Positions 11,794 to 23,696 of a DNA stretch of 64,000 bases are shown one piece after another. Source of the stretch: Octopus sinensis (lineage: Eukaryota); the NCBI RefSeq assembly GCF_006345805.1, contig NC_043004.1, positions 69,440,001 through 69,504,000 on the forward strand. Direction: 5' to 3'. The notes below the pieces were generated by a model, which was given only the letters and a program-made list of their open reading frames with translations, was not told the DNA's origin and made no database searches. A program made the position numbers and the translations under genes. Numbering within the stretch: the stretch's first letter is position 1; the number at the start of each line of letters is the position of its first letter.

Positions 11794-12648
11794 ATATTAT
11801 TTTGTAAAACTTTATTTCAGTGAAAGTAATTATCAAAATTAAAACTTTGATGCTGTGGATAACTTCAGTTCAGAATATTTCATATTGGTGCATCCAATTT
11901 AAACCCTGTTGTTGTTAATCTCTATAATCTCGTCTATTACGTAACTAAATCCTTAATTATTTTAATTGCATACAATTTAATTGAAGCTATATGAATATTT
12001 AAATCACACTCACAAACATTATACACACACAAACGCATGTGTGTGTGTGTGAGAAAACATGTGGCCTTGTTGATTAGAGTATTAAACTTGTGATTGCTGG
12101 ATTGTATGTTTCATTATTGGATTTGTGTTCTTTGGTGAGAGACCTCAGTTCATGTCCCATTGTATTCAACAGAACCTGTGAGCCTGGGTCTTATCACTGT
12201 GAAGGACTGACATCACATTCAGGAAGGAGTTTAGTATTTTAAATGTAGATGCCTAGAAAACCTAGATAAACCCCAGTCTTATGGACGTCTAGGGTTGAAG
12301 TAACCTTGCTTCTCACATCATTTTGAGTTCAGTCCTCAAACATGCTGACCAGAGCATTGTGAGTGGATTTGGTAAATAGAAAACTAAAAGAATTTTGTTG
12401 TATGTGTATATGTACGTTTGTGTCTTCTTTTCTTGACATTTCAGGGCACTTGTAAATGAGTGTCACTGTTATACAAGCACTGTAGGGTGTCATTAATTTC
12501 CAATATTCTGTGAAAACATGTTTGGCCTGGGGGGAGGGGGGAATATTACCTTTCTTGGAAGCAATGAGAGTAATTTAAGGAAGGGCACCTGGCTGTAGAA
12601 AATTTGCCTCAATAAACTCTAACAAATGCAAGCATAAAAAAGTACGGC

Positions 12649-12847
12649 TTTTTTTCAACAAATTTCATTCAACAAAATCAATAACAGAATTTCACGAAAA
12701 CATCTTTAAATGATGGTCTGACCATCTGCCAAGCGAACGAGAAGCAGTAACTGAAGTAGATCATGAATCTGCACCGGAATAATCATTTAAAGATGTTTTT
12801 GTTATGTGTTGTTATTGTTTTTGTTGAATAAAATTGTTGAAAAAAAA
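12649..12847. repeat. ~200-bp foldback/MITE with ~65-bp inverted arms
   Basis: TTTTTTCAACAAATTTCATTCAACAAAATCAATAAC...AAAACATCTTTAAATGAT mirrored by ATCATTTAAAGATGTTTT...GTTATTGTTTTTGTTGAATAAAATTGTTGAAAAAA. Confidence 0.85.
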
Positions 12848-12873
12848 CCCCACAATAATTATGCACCAACCCA

Positions 12874-12918
<45 letters not shown>

Positions 12919-12921
<3 letters not shown>

Positions 12922-13147
12922 GAAATTTATAGAAAAACAAAGATGAAGACAGGTGTAGAAACAACAAACAAGTGTATTAGTTTGACGCTCAGGAAAAGTG
13001 GGAAGTCTTATGTTTCGAGCCTATGCTCTTCATCAGAAAGGAATAAGGGGAAATAAATTGAGAGATAATGAAAAAAAAAAGATATGCTGAGTTCAGAAGT
13101 GCATGAAACTTTTGAGTTCTGTTTTTCCTGTTTGCATAGCGAAACCT
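12919..13147 (-). mobile_element. Penelope-like remnant, family H1, with hammerhead-like core, inside (TA)n
   Basis: Minus strand reads CTGATGA-A-GAGC-ATAG-GCTC-GAAAC (13036-13012). (TA)n on both sides. Homologous to 16446-16612. Confidence 0.65.
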
Positions 13148-13148
13148 C

Positions 13149-13179
<31 letters not shown>

Positions 13180-13448
13180 TATATATTTATATATTACGAT
13201 ATTGGATTGACTAAGAAAGTGATGGGATTGGTCTAAATCTTGAAGGCTTTTACTTGATTATCTCAATTCCAGTGTTTTATTTAAGTCTGGCATTTTTCTG
13301 TTAGTCACCTTTTGCGAAACTGCTATGTTGCAAGGCGTGAACAAACGAACCCTGAATGTCAAAGAATAACAAACTCAAACATAAATGTGTGTGCGTATAC
13401 GTAAACTTCTATGTATCTTTCTGTTTGTACACACATGTGCACACACAC

Positions 13449-13488
<40 letters not shown>

Positions 13489-14075
13489 ACTATGTATATA
13501 TTAGGGTTCAGCTATAATCACAGCAGTTTGAAATGTTTATTTTAACCTCATCACTTCGGATGGCAGAGAATGGCTTTCTGAAACTCTGTATATAAACCTT
13601 CCCACCCCTCTCTCTCTCTTTGTGTCTGTTTATCTCTTTCCTCCCTCTCTCTTTGTGTCTGTTTATCTCTTTCCTCCCTCTCTCATGCTTGAACTAGTTT
13701 AACTTCTTTGCTGAATGATAAATCTCATTCCATTCCATTCCATTCCATCCATGCCATTCACTCCCTACTCCCACTCTTCGGTTCTGGTGTTTTGATAAGA
13801 CATCAGGTCAAAGGTCACTGAGGGAGGTTGTGTTTTGTTTATCTAAAAGAAAAAGAAAGGAAAAGGGACTAAACTGTTAACATAATCCATTGTTTGTTTA
13901 CTTTGTATTAACACAATCCTCATTTTTATGTTTATTAAATCTGCCCCAGCTGTCTGACTGTCTGTCTGCCAATGCCATTGCAGTTGCCCTACTCTTGTTC
14001 AGGTCAGGAATTACTTGATGTAACATTGTAAACATATGCACATATATACATAGATTGCATATATATGCATATATA

Positions 14076-14254
14076 CAGGGTGTGTAAGGTATTTGAGGAC
14101 ATAGCTTTTTTGGGTCATTGCTGCATTTTTTGCAAACCCTGTATAATCTTTGTTTCAAAAAATACTAATGGCAGACCCTCAGCTTACTCAAGAAATGAAA
14201 AGGCATGCTGTTATTGTGTTTATAAAGGTTGAGTATAGCGATTTAGAAATATGA
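14076..14254 (+). mobile_element. 5' end fragment of the same DD37D mariner family
   Basis: TA+CAGGGTGTGTAAGGTATTTGAGGAC TIR. ATG at 14168 gives MADPQLTQEMKRHAVIVFIKVEYSDLEI, matching the N-terminus of the 20-21 kb copy. Confidence 0.85.
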
Positions 14255-14832
14255 CATTCTCTTTCTTTAATCTTTCTACTTTCCTCTGTTATCTCCCTTA
14301 TACCTTCCGCTCTCTCCCCCTCTAGTTCTTTCCCTAATTCTTCAATCCCTCTGTTCCTCCCACGTGACCGGTGCTCGGCCAAGCATGGATCTTTCTTTCT
14401 TGGTTTGACTGCCGCTCGCACAACACCTTATTTTCCTGTCTCCTGACTTTCATCTATGTTTGTTGCTCTAAGGCTTCCACTTCACACATCAGCTTAACTA
14501 ATCCTTTTAGTCGAAAGACACCTGTTGTTATTCTTGTTGTCAGTATTTGTAATCATGTAATATTTTCTCATTTTTGTTTTGCCTGTGTTGTTGCACATAT
14601 TCGCCTGCTTTCATCCAAAAAATTTAATGCCCTTAGCTTACATTTTTGGGACCTACCAATTTTACACAGTTTCAAGTGTAACAGACCAAAACTGTAGTGA
14701 TAATCGGAAGCTTGACTGATGAATTGAAAGCCACAAATGTTCTGTCCTGGTCTTCCTGTCTGTCCTTGTATCGTCCATCTGTCCATATGTTTTTATTGTC
14801 ATCCGTTATGTTCTTGTTCCATTTTTTGGATT
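14255..14832 (+). mobile_element. Diverged single relative of the 768-bp monomer (opposite orientation)
   Basis: Shares ordered motifs with the reverse complement of the array unit: polypyrimidine run, CACGTGAC, GTCGAAAGAC, TAATGC-CTT-GCTTA, CTTGACTGATGA...AATGT-C-GTCCTG. Ends in (TA)n at ~14833. Confidence 0.65.
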
Positions 14833-15207
14833 TATATATATATATATATTTGTACACACACACACTCACATTGCATTGTATATATACACATACAGACATA
14901 CATTGTATGTATATATATATATATGTATATATACACACACATTGCAGATATACACAAGCACACATGCATATTGCATACACACACAGCACACTCTACATAC
15001 ATATTTACACTACATTGCATGCTGTGTTTAATTGGTGTTGGCCATGGTTGGGATCGGAATCCCAGGGTGGAATTTGAACTCACAATGTAAAGAGTTGGAG
15101 CAATTACAGCAAAGCATTCCACCTGCCACTCTATTGCTCTGGACTAATGGTACTTTGTTTACCAACCGCCAAAGGACAACAGTCCAAGTTGTGTACTGCT
15201 TGTGTTA

Positions 15208-15750
15208 AAGCTTTTAGAATTAAGATTACTCTGTCAAACATAATACTAATTTATTCACCTCGTTATGAATTAATCATGCACTGTCTCATAGATTTGAGAT
15301 TTTAATGATGCGATTGTTTATTTATAGAATGACAATGTAGGGTAGGTTTGAGAGGCTCAATCTGGTGGGCTTGCACATAAAATGGGAATAATATTTAGAC
15401 CAGATATCACTGTGACCAACCAGGCTATCAGATGTTGCTAAACATCGCTGGTCACAATGCGCTTCGCATTGTTTTTTAACCTTCAATTGATGCCACCCTG
15501 CTGGCTAAGCAAGCAAGCCAACAGAAGAAAGTGAGAGAGAAAGTTGTGGCGAAAGAGTACAGCAGAGATCACCACCCCACCCCCTACCAGAGCCTCATGG
15601 AGCTTTAGGTGTTTTTACTCAATAAACACTAACAACACCCATTCTGGGAATCGAAACTGTGATCCTACAACTGCGAGTCCGCTGCCCTAACCTCTGGGCC
15701 ATTGCGCCTCCACATTTAGACCAGATATGACTGGTTTAAATGCCAAAGGG
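15208..15750. mobile_element. piggyBac-type MITE carrying a SINE E insertion
   Basis: Ends AAAGGG-TTAA (15745-15754); body is the reverse complement of the 36-kb MITE. Confidence 0.7.
15408..15713 (-). mobile_element. SINE family E with 15-bp TSD, inserted in a piggyBac-like MITE
   Basis: ATTTAGACCAGATAT at 15393-15407 and 15714-15728. Minus-strand head GTGGAGGCGCAATGGCCCAGAGGTTAGGGCAGCGGACTCGC. Confidence 0.88.
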
Positions 15751-16445
15751 TTAACGAGTGGGATGTGATACAGTGATGATGGCTGGTTCTTCCCCTATTA
15801 CAGTGGCCTCTGCTTTTCAGGGATGGTTGCTCTTGTACTACTTTCATGCTGGCATGTTCGACTCCCTCATCTCCCCTTCTCCTCGTTACTCATGTTGTGT
15901 CCACCCGCTTCCCCCATCCAGTCCCCTCACTAACCATCACATTTTTGTGAAGGGGTGCAAGCTCTCTTGAAGTCGAGAGTTCTTTCTGTTGAAATATCAT
16001 CATGGCTTTGTCTGTTATAATCCTTTCATGAATGTTGGTGCCCTCTGGAATTTTGTCTCTTGACATATTTTTCCTGCAGGTTTCAAATTGAAACCTGCAC
16101 TATAAGTGTCATTAGTTTTGGTTTAAAGTGGAAACAATCCCACTGGTGTGTGTGTGTGTGTGTGTGTGTAAGCAAAATACAATCATGCAATTGTCTAGTA
16201 GGGTACTAACATTGAATGAGAACTAATTCAAATTGTAATTACTCACCTAACCCACTAGGATGGAAAACAGAAGTAATATGATTATATGTATATGTATGTA
16301 TACATGTGAGTATATATATTTATATACGTGTATAAGTGATAGCTACATAATGAAAGATACTACTTAGTATATGTTTTTGTATATGTGTGTGTGTATATAT
16401 ATATATAATATATATATATATATATAGAAAGAAAGAGAGAGATAG

Positions 16446-16612
16446 CCACTACACATTCTTTATTTTCTCTCCTTGTTTCTTTTTGTTTCTTTCTGTGGAA
16501 GAGCATAGGCTCGAAACGTTAAAGACTTTTTCACTTCCCGAGCGTAATACTTATACATCTGTTGTCTACAGCACCTGTCTTCGTCTTTTGTTTTTTTTTT
16601 GTGAATTCTCCC
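16446..16612 (+). mobile_element. Penelope-like remnant, family H1, degenerate hammerhead-like core
   Basis: TCTTT-CTGTGGA-A-GAGC-ATAG-GCTC-GAAACGTT-AAAGA at 16488-16525 (5-bp stem I, 4-bp stem II). Flanked by (TA)n. Confidence 0.65.
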
Positions 16613-16895
16613 TATATATATATATATATTGAAGTCAACTTTGCTTTTCATTCTCATTCTTCCAGGTTGATAATGCAAATTATTAGTTAAGCACTTGGAT
16701 GACCTTGTGCCTATGTAAGAAGTTACATACAGTAGTAACAGTACTAAGCAGAGATGAGTAATAAACAAACTTTAGGTGAGTTCAAACATGTTTGTGACAC
16801 TTTAACTTGTAAAGGAAAATTTACTGCATTTTTTTTTTCTTAACGATAAACTGCAGTGAATTTGCCTTTCCAAATTAAAGTATGTCACAAACATA

Positions 16896-17156
16896 TAGTT
16901 ATGGCCAAAAGTTTGTAACATAGGTCCAAAAATTAGAATTTTTATATTAAATGACCAAAGTTATATTTAATTTGCAATATATTATTACTTGGCCAAAAGT
17001 CTGGAACATAGGTCTGGAAATTTGTCCTAGATATTGAACCATTGGATCTGTTATTAGATAAGTATGTCTCTACATTGTATATATTTGAATCAAGTTGTAC
17101 TTGAGCATAGCAATTCTAATTTTTTAAAAAATGTTCCAAACTTTTGGCCATGACTG
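16896..17156. mobile_element. Tc1-type MITE (~260 bp)
   Basis: TA-TAGTTATGGCCAAAAGTTTGTAACA ... TGTTCCAAACTTTTGGCCATGACTG-TA; a third TIR-like copy at ~16990. Confidence 0.75.
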
Positions 17157-17326
17157 TACATCTAAACAAACCAAAGGTTTGTTTACTCCTTATCACTGCT
17201 TAATGCTGATACTACTGTATTTGTTCTCACCAGGAAGTCTGCGAATATCACCCAGTCATTGATATTGACTGTTTTAAGATAAACCTATGGCTGTATAATC
17301 TACCCAGGGTTATCTCTCTTCAGTAT

Positions 17327-17369
17327 CTCCTGCTGAGGAAGATTAAAGAACTAGAAACATGTCCAGGAG
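17327..17369 (+). ncRNA. Minimal type I hammerhead-ribozyme-like motif
   Basis: CTCCTG (stem I) - CTGAGGA - AGATTAAAGAACTA (imperfect stem II) - GAAAC-ATGTC (palindromic ACATGT helix III, GUC site) - CAGGAG (stem I). An outer CAGGGTT/AACCCTG pair is present at ~17305/17383. Confidence 0.5.
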
Positions 17370-19084
17370 TGAGCTAGTGGGAAACCCTGAGCTCATGAGG
17401 TATTTTTACACCTATGGTAAACCGCAATGAATTTGCCTTTAGAATTTAAAATATGTCACAAACATATTTGAACAAATCTAAATTTATCTTTGGATATATT
17501 TATATATATACATATCTATATCTATCTATCTATACACATACACACACATGATGATGATGATGATATATATATATAGCTAACTGGAATCAAATGTGTATGT
17601 GTTAATGTTGTTGAAAATAGGAAAGAGATATCGGCAGGAATCAAAAGTTTTCTCTGTTTCTTCTTTTTATAACATCTTTTATCGAAGACGTGTGTTATAT
17701 TTAATCTTACATTAGCAATTTCTCGTGGACAGATTCTTTGCACATGGTACCCAACCTTGTTCTTTCAGTTAACTTCTAGTTGCACACACACATGCATACA
17801 CACTCTTACACAGATGTGTGTATTTGTGTGTTTCTCCTACTTCTTGCATTCCTTATATTATCTGGTCGTTAACAAACCAGATTTGAAGCTTGATCTACTA
17901 AAATAGCTACCGAAATCTGATTTGAATTAAGCGGCTATTTTAGAGACAAAAGCCTTGAACAGAAGAATCAATGTGAAAACAAAACGGAAGCAACAAATTT
18001 GCCGAATTTTTATTTCTTCCATTTCTTTTCTTCTTCGTGGTGTTTTTTTAGAGTCTTTTTTTTTTATTACTTTTCCAGTTATAAAAAGACAGGAACAAAT
18101 TGTGAGTTGTAGGATATCAGGGTGGTGTGGGCAACTTATATTTAGAATAATGATTTCTAGCATTGATACAAGGTCATGCATAACATTTTTGTGGGAGGTT
18201 GCTGTTGATCTAGACTGAGCCCAGTGGCAGCATTTTAGTTGCTTGTAGTAAAACGATCACAGTCTCTGTGAGTTGCTGCAGGATTTGATCTCAATATCAA
18301 AGGATATAAACCAAATACATCAGACATGAATTTTACCATTAATCGCCTTCATTTTGATAGATGATAAGGATGAGGATGATAACAGAGGTTCCTGTTGAAG
18401 AGGATGCATTAGTGTTCAGATTTTGCTGTACAACCTGTACAAAAGATCTGTTTATTGTGATCAAATATATTTACCATAAGTTAACTCGTGCCCTCCATTA
18501 ATCTGATGTTACCTGTACAGGTGCGCAAGTGTACACATCAGATCTCAGAATGGTTGTAGAGCAATGTGAGATTAAGTGTTTTACTCAAGAATACAATGTA
18601 CCGCATACTTTGGGAATCAACCCCACAATCTATTAATCATGAGTGCGACACCCTAACCTCTAGACCATGTGCTTTAACCATAATAATAATAATAACGATA
18701 ATCTTTTCTACTATGGGTACAAGGTCTGTACTTTAGTGGAATGGGGACTAGTCAATTACATTGACCCCAGTGCACAATTGGTACTTATTTTATCAACTCC
18801 GAAAGGATGGAAAGCAAATCAAACATGGTGGAATCTGAACGCAGAATGTAAAACCAGGCCAAATGCTGTTTAACATTTTGTCCAGCATGCTAATGATTTA
18901 GCCAACTTGTCATCTTAATAATAATAATAATAATAATCCTTTCTGCTCTGGGCACAAGGCCTGCAATTTGGGGAAGCAGGATAGTCAATTAATCAACTGG
19001 TATTTATTTTATCAACCCTGGAAAGATGAAAGGCAAAGTCAACCTTGGCTCAGAACGTAAAGAAGAACAAAATAACACCAAGCA

Positions 19085-19700
19085 TTGAGGCTCAGTAGTT
19101 AGAACATGAGGCTCACTATCATGAGGTAATGAGTTCGAATACGAGACTGTTCTATTTTTGAGTAAGACTTTATTTCATGTTGCTCTTGTTCACTCAGCTG
19201 TAGAAATGAGTTGTGACATCACTGGTGCCAAGCTGCCTTTGCCTTGGGTAACATCAGTGGCATGGAGAAGGGAGACTGATATGCCTGGGCAACTGCTAGT
19301 TTTCCCTAAACAACCTTACCTGGACTTTTGCCTTGAAAGATAACTTTCTAGGTGCAATCCCATGGTGAAGGTGCATGGCTCAGTGGTTAGAGCGCTGTAC
19401 TCACAATTATGAGGTCATGAGTTTGATTTCTGGACTGGGTTGTATGTTGTGTTCTTGAGCAAGACACTTTATTTCACATTGCTCCAGTTCACTCAGCTGT
19501 AGAAAGGAGTTTCGACATCACTGGTGCCAAGCTGTATCGGTCTCTGCCTTTCTCTTGGATAACATTGGTAGCATGGAGAGGGGAGGCTGGTATGCAAGGG
19601 CGACTGCTGGTCTTCCATAAACAACCTTGCCCAGACTTGTGCCTCGGAGGGTAACTTTCTAGGTGAAATCCCATGGTCGTTCATGACTGAATTGAGTCTT
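19085..19700 (+). mobile_element. Two tandem SINE family C copies
   Basis: tRNA-like heads (GGCTCAGTGGTTAGAGCG...GAGTT.GA.T.C), core TTGAGCAAGACACTTTATTTCAC..TGCTCCAGTTCACTCAGCTGTAGAAA, tail ACTTTCTAGGTG.AATCCCATGGT. Second head at ~19372. Confidence 0.8.
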
Positions 19701-20364
19701 TAAGTGTCAGATTTATTGAGGCACTGTGACGCAGAAAATACCAATTATATTCTCATTATCATCCTTACTAAAATAATCATGAAATTTAATTTTGTATTTG
19801 AAGGGTTAACCATCATTGGTTTTAAAGGTAAAACAGTAATATGGTTTCTCACAATTGTAAATTGATCTAATCTTGTTTGCGTTTTGTCTGTTCTGAGAAA
19901 TTTATACATTATGAACTTGTATGACTTTCCTCATGTTTGATACCATTTGATTGCTATAACTATGTATTTGCAATGATATCTCTTCTGCCTAATCAGTAGT
20001 AAATTTACATTTTGACATTGAATTTTAGCAGTTATTCTTCAGCAAGAACAATATGAAACTTAGTTATAGCACCTCACCTGATATGATGAAATGATAAAAG
20101 CTTTACAAATGCTTTTCCTAAATATAGACAAACCATCAGAGATACAGAACTGCAAACGTACATACATACATACACATACACATGCGCACGCACACACACA
20201 CACACACACACACATGCATGCATGCATGCACACACGCACACACACACATCATTTAATAAACATAGGGCTTAAATATGAACTACTTATAAGTTTCGTGCTC
20301 TGGTAGAACAAGTCAAATGAGCTTGTATAGCTTTCCAAACAGAACAGTATATTATGTATATATA

Positions 20365-21250
20365 CAGGGTGCATAAGATATTTGAGGAGAGATTTATATT
20401 TATGAAAAAAAACATATATAATAACAAATAATAACTTTATCATAAAATGCTATGAGGATAAAAAATAAACCGTCTTTTCTGTAATGTTATTCAATAAAGC
20501 CACCTTCAGCTTCAACAACTGCTTCTATAAGAGATCTTAATCATCTACATGCTTGAATCAAGTGGTCCTTGTTCATTTTGGACATTACTCTGACTATGGC
20601 AGCTTTCATAGTATCTTTGGTGTTATGGGCATGCTCATTGACCTCTCTCTCAACAACACTTCACATGTAATAGTCCAATGGATTAAGATCTGGGGAATTA
20701 CAAGGTCAAATGTTAGGGGTTGTGTGACCATGAAAATTTTCAGCCATCCATTTCTGTGTTACTAGAGCCGTGTGTGATTGTACAGGATCTTACTGAAACA
20801 CATATGGCTTTCCATTGCATACACTGTCTATCTAGGGCTTAAGAATCATTTCCAGGACCTCAATGTAGGTGGCAGAGTTAACTCTAAGGCCTTGTGGAAA
20901 GAAATAAGGAGGCATCGTATGTTCTTCATTGCTGACAACCCTTAAAACCATGACAGTTGCAGGAAATTTTGTATGCATAACACTTGGAACTTCAGAAGGG
21001 TCTGCACATAACTGTCTGTCATTTCTTCTGTTAACCTTTTGATCTTGTTCAAAGCTTTTCTCGTTTGAAAAAACCCAAATCAAATTGCTATGCTCAGCCT
21101 TTATAACCAAAATAACTAGATGCCTCTTCATTTTTTGAGTAAGCTGGAGGTCTGCCATTATTATTTTCTGAAACAAAGATTATACAGAGTTAGCAAAAAA
21201 TGTAGCAATGACCCAAAAAAGGTATGTCCTCACATACCTTACACACCTTG
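20365..21250 (-). mobile_element. Internally deleted, inactivated Tc1/mariner DD37D (maT-type) DNA transposon
   Basis: TA-flanked TIRs CAGGGTGCATAAGATATTTGAGGA / CAAGGTGTGTAAGGTATGTGAGGA. Minus-strand pseudo-ORF 21158 to 20487 has WVFSNEK (degenerate WVFSDEK), YVFQ*D and NSPDLNPLD with 37 residues between the second and third D. Several stops; most of the DNA-binding domain is deleted. Confidence 0.88.
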
Positions 21251-21260
21251 TATATATGTA

Positions 21261-21299
<39 letters not shown>

Positions 21300-21728
21300 A
21301 TATATATATATATATAAAATTTTTGGTATTATTTATTCACAATTACACGTTTCATTTGCTAATAGGAGTTACAAAACTGTACGTGTCAACTAAAAATTCA
21401 ATTCTCTATCTGAAGAATTTGTAATAGGGAATTTTTGTATATTTTAACTGTTTTCTCCTACATGGACAATCTTGTTACTCCTATTACCAAATGAAACACA
21501 TGTAATGCTGAATAAATAACACCCAAGTTTTTTTTTGGGGGGTGGGTTTATCCAATCTCCTCTTTTGATAAGTAATTACTCTGCAAATACTATTTTACAA
21601 TATTTTTCAAGTCTTATGCTTGTGTCGCACAATTTTAACATCTACATACAATTTTCAAACACTTGAATATGCAGACGTGCTTCACAAGGACACTGCTTGG
21701 ATTCTAACTCTATCTACATACCATATAT

Positions 21729-21786
<58 letters not shown>

Positions 21787-21972
21787 CATTAGCGATTTTC
21801 TTTCTCCGTCTTCCCTTCCTTGGACCTTTCCTTTTTCTATGTTTCTGACGAAGAGCTCTGCCCGATACATTAAATCCTCCTCCTTTCTTTCCTTTCCTGA
21901 GCGTCCTATAACACTATACTTGTTCCACATCCTCATGTTGTTGTGTTTTCTCCTTGTTCATGTTGGATTAAC
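21787..21972 (+). mobile_element. Penelope-like remnant, family H2, degenerate hammerhead-like core
   Basis: CTGACGA-A-GAGCTCTGCCC-GATACATT at 21845-21871. (TA)n on both sides. Homologous to 54785-54990. Confidence 0.6.
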
Positions 21973-22201
21973 TATATATATACATACATACATACATACA
22001 TATATATATATATATATTTATATATATATGTGTGTGTCTTTTATCTCTTTTACTTGTTTCAGTTATTGGACTGCGGCCATACTGGGGCATAGCTCTTCTG
22101 TCCTCTTATTCTTCTTCTTTGTCTTCATTTTCCTTCTTTTTCATTGATTACTTATTTGTATTTTCCTTGTTTCCAAATGTTTTTTCTTTCTTGCCCAGCA
22201 T

Positions 22202-22240
<39 letters not shown>

Positions 22241-22458
22241 GGAGAGAGAGAAAGAGAGGGAGAGAGAGAAAGAGAGAGTATTAGTGCATGTTTCTTTGAA
22301 AGCTCTTCTAACAAGTACCTTTATGGTTCAAGATTCCATATTCCAGTGAAGAATTCATATAGTGCATCATCAGTTTGGCTTCCATAATATTTTTCTACCA
22401 TATTCTTTACCATTATTTGAAGATTTGGTATCAGGACATACATTCATATGTTCATACA

Positions 22459-22500
<42 letters not shown>

Positions 22501-22725
22501 CATACGTGTGAAGATATATTTTAATAATAATAATAAGAATAACAAATAATTTATTCAGTGTTAATATTTGATAATTTACACCAAGGGTTACAAGTTTATC
22601 AGCATTCACACTCATGTCAGAAAGAATTTCATGTTGAAAAGGCTGTGTGCGTGCGTATGTGCATGTAGATATCTATGTATGTGTGGGTCCATATATATGT
22701 ATGTGTATGGTTATATGTATATGCA

Positions 22726-22757
<32 letters not shown>

Positions 22758-22898
22758 TGTATGCATACAGATGTGAAGACAGATGATTTAAGTGTATGAA
22801 ATATTTTCAAAGAACATCTGTTTAGCTCTCATTGCCGTTTTATTTATTTATTTATTTTTTATTTATCATTTGTGATGGAAGAAGGGAAAGAAAGAGAG

Positions 22899-22936
<38 letters not shown>

Positions 22937-23204
22937 TTCTAAAGAAGACAACTTGTTTGTAAGAATCCCCAGATATTTGTACTTGCTTGGCTGAAGTTAT
23001 TGTTGGAATATTTGATACTCATATAGATATGTATGTATGTAGTTGTATAGTTTGTATATATGTATATGTTTACAGTATATGTGTGTATCTTGTGTGCGTT
23101 TGTGTATGAGAATTTATTTCTATATGTGAATGCTGATGTGTGTATGTGCTAAACTCACACATATACATATATTTATATTATAGATATACATCACTGTGTT
23201 AATG

Positions 23205-23492
23205 TATTGGCCAGGTTATCAGATGTTATACACTGATAATGGTCATAATGTTCTTCCATGCATTGTTGTACCTTTTGAACAATGCCACTCTCCTTGTCAG
23301 ATGACCGGACCCATTCTTTTCGTAAACAGGACATCAGTCTGACGCAAGATTACCCATCTACAGCTGGCTGGCCTGGAGCAACACAAAATGAAGTGTCTTG
23401 CTCAAGAACACACTGCACCACTGGTCTCGATGATTGAAACTACAATCTTGCCATTGTGAGTGCAATACCTAATCACTAGACCATGTGCCTTC
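23205..23492 (-). mobile_element. SINE family D, diverged
   Basis: Head, AAGTGTCTTGCTCAAGAACAC core and ATCAGATGTT tail. Related copies at 3420-3625, 18500-18680 and 26080-26365 (-), and 37210-37345 (+). Confidence 0.6.
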
Positions 23493-23504
23493 AATTATTA
23501 CATA

Positions 23505-23696
23505 CCTGTGTCGGTGGCACGTAAAAAGCACCCACTACACTCACGGAGTGGTTGGCGTTAGGAAGGGCATCCAGCTGTAGAAACACTGCCAGATCTGACT
23601 GGCCTGGTGCAGCCTTCGGGCTTCCCAGAGCCCAGTTAAACCGTCCAACCCATGCTAGCATGGAAAGCGGACGCTAAACGATGATGATGATGATGA
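23505..23696 (+). mobile_element. 5'-truncated RTE-type tail element
   Basis: Same tail ending in (GAT)n. Further copies at ~25345-25500, 27870-28060, 37790-37895, 38700-38850, 40330-40545 and 56310-56520 (+), and 34080-34270, 41965-42190, 49610-49800 and 63130-63290 (-). Confidence 0.75.
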
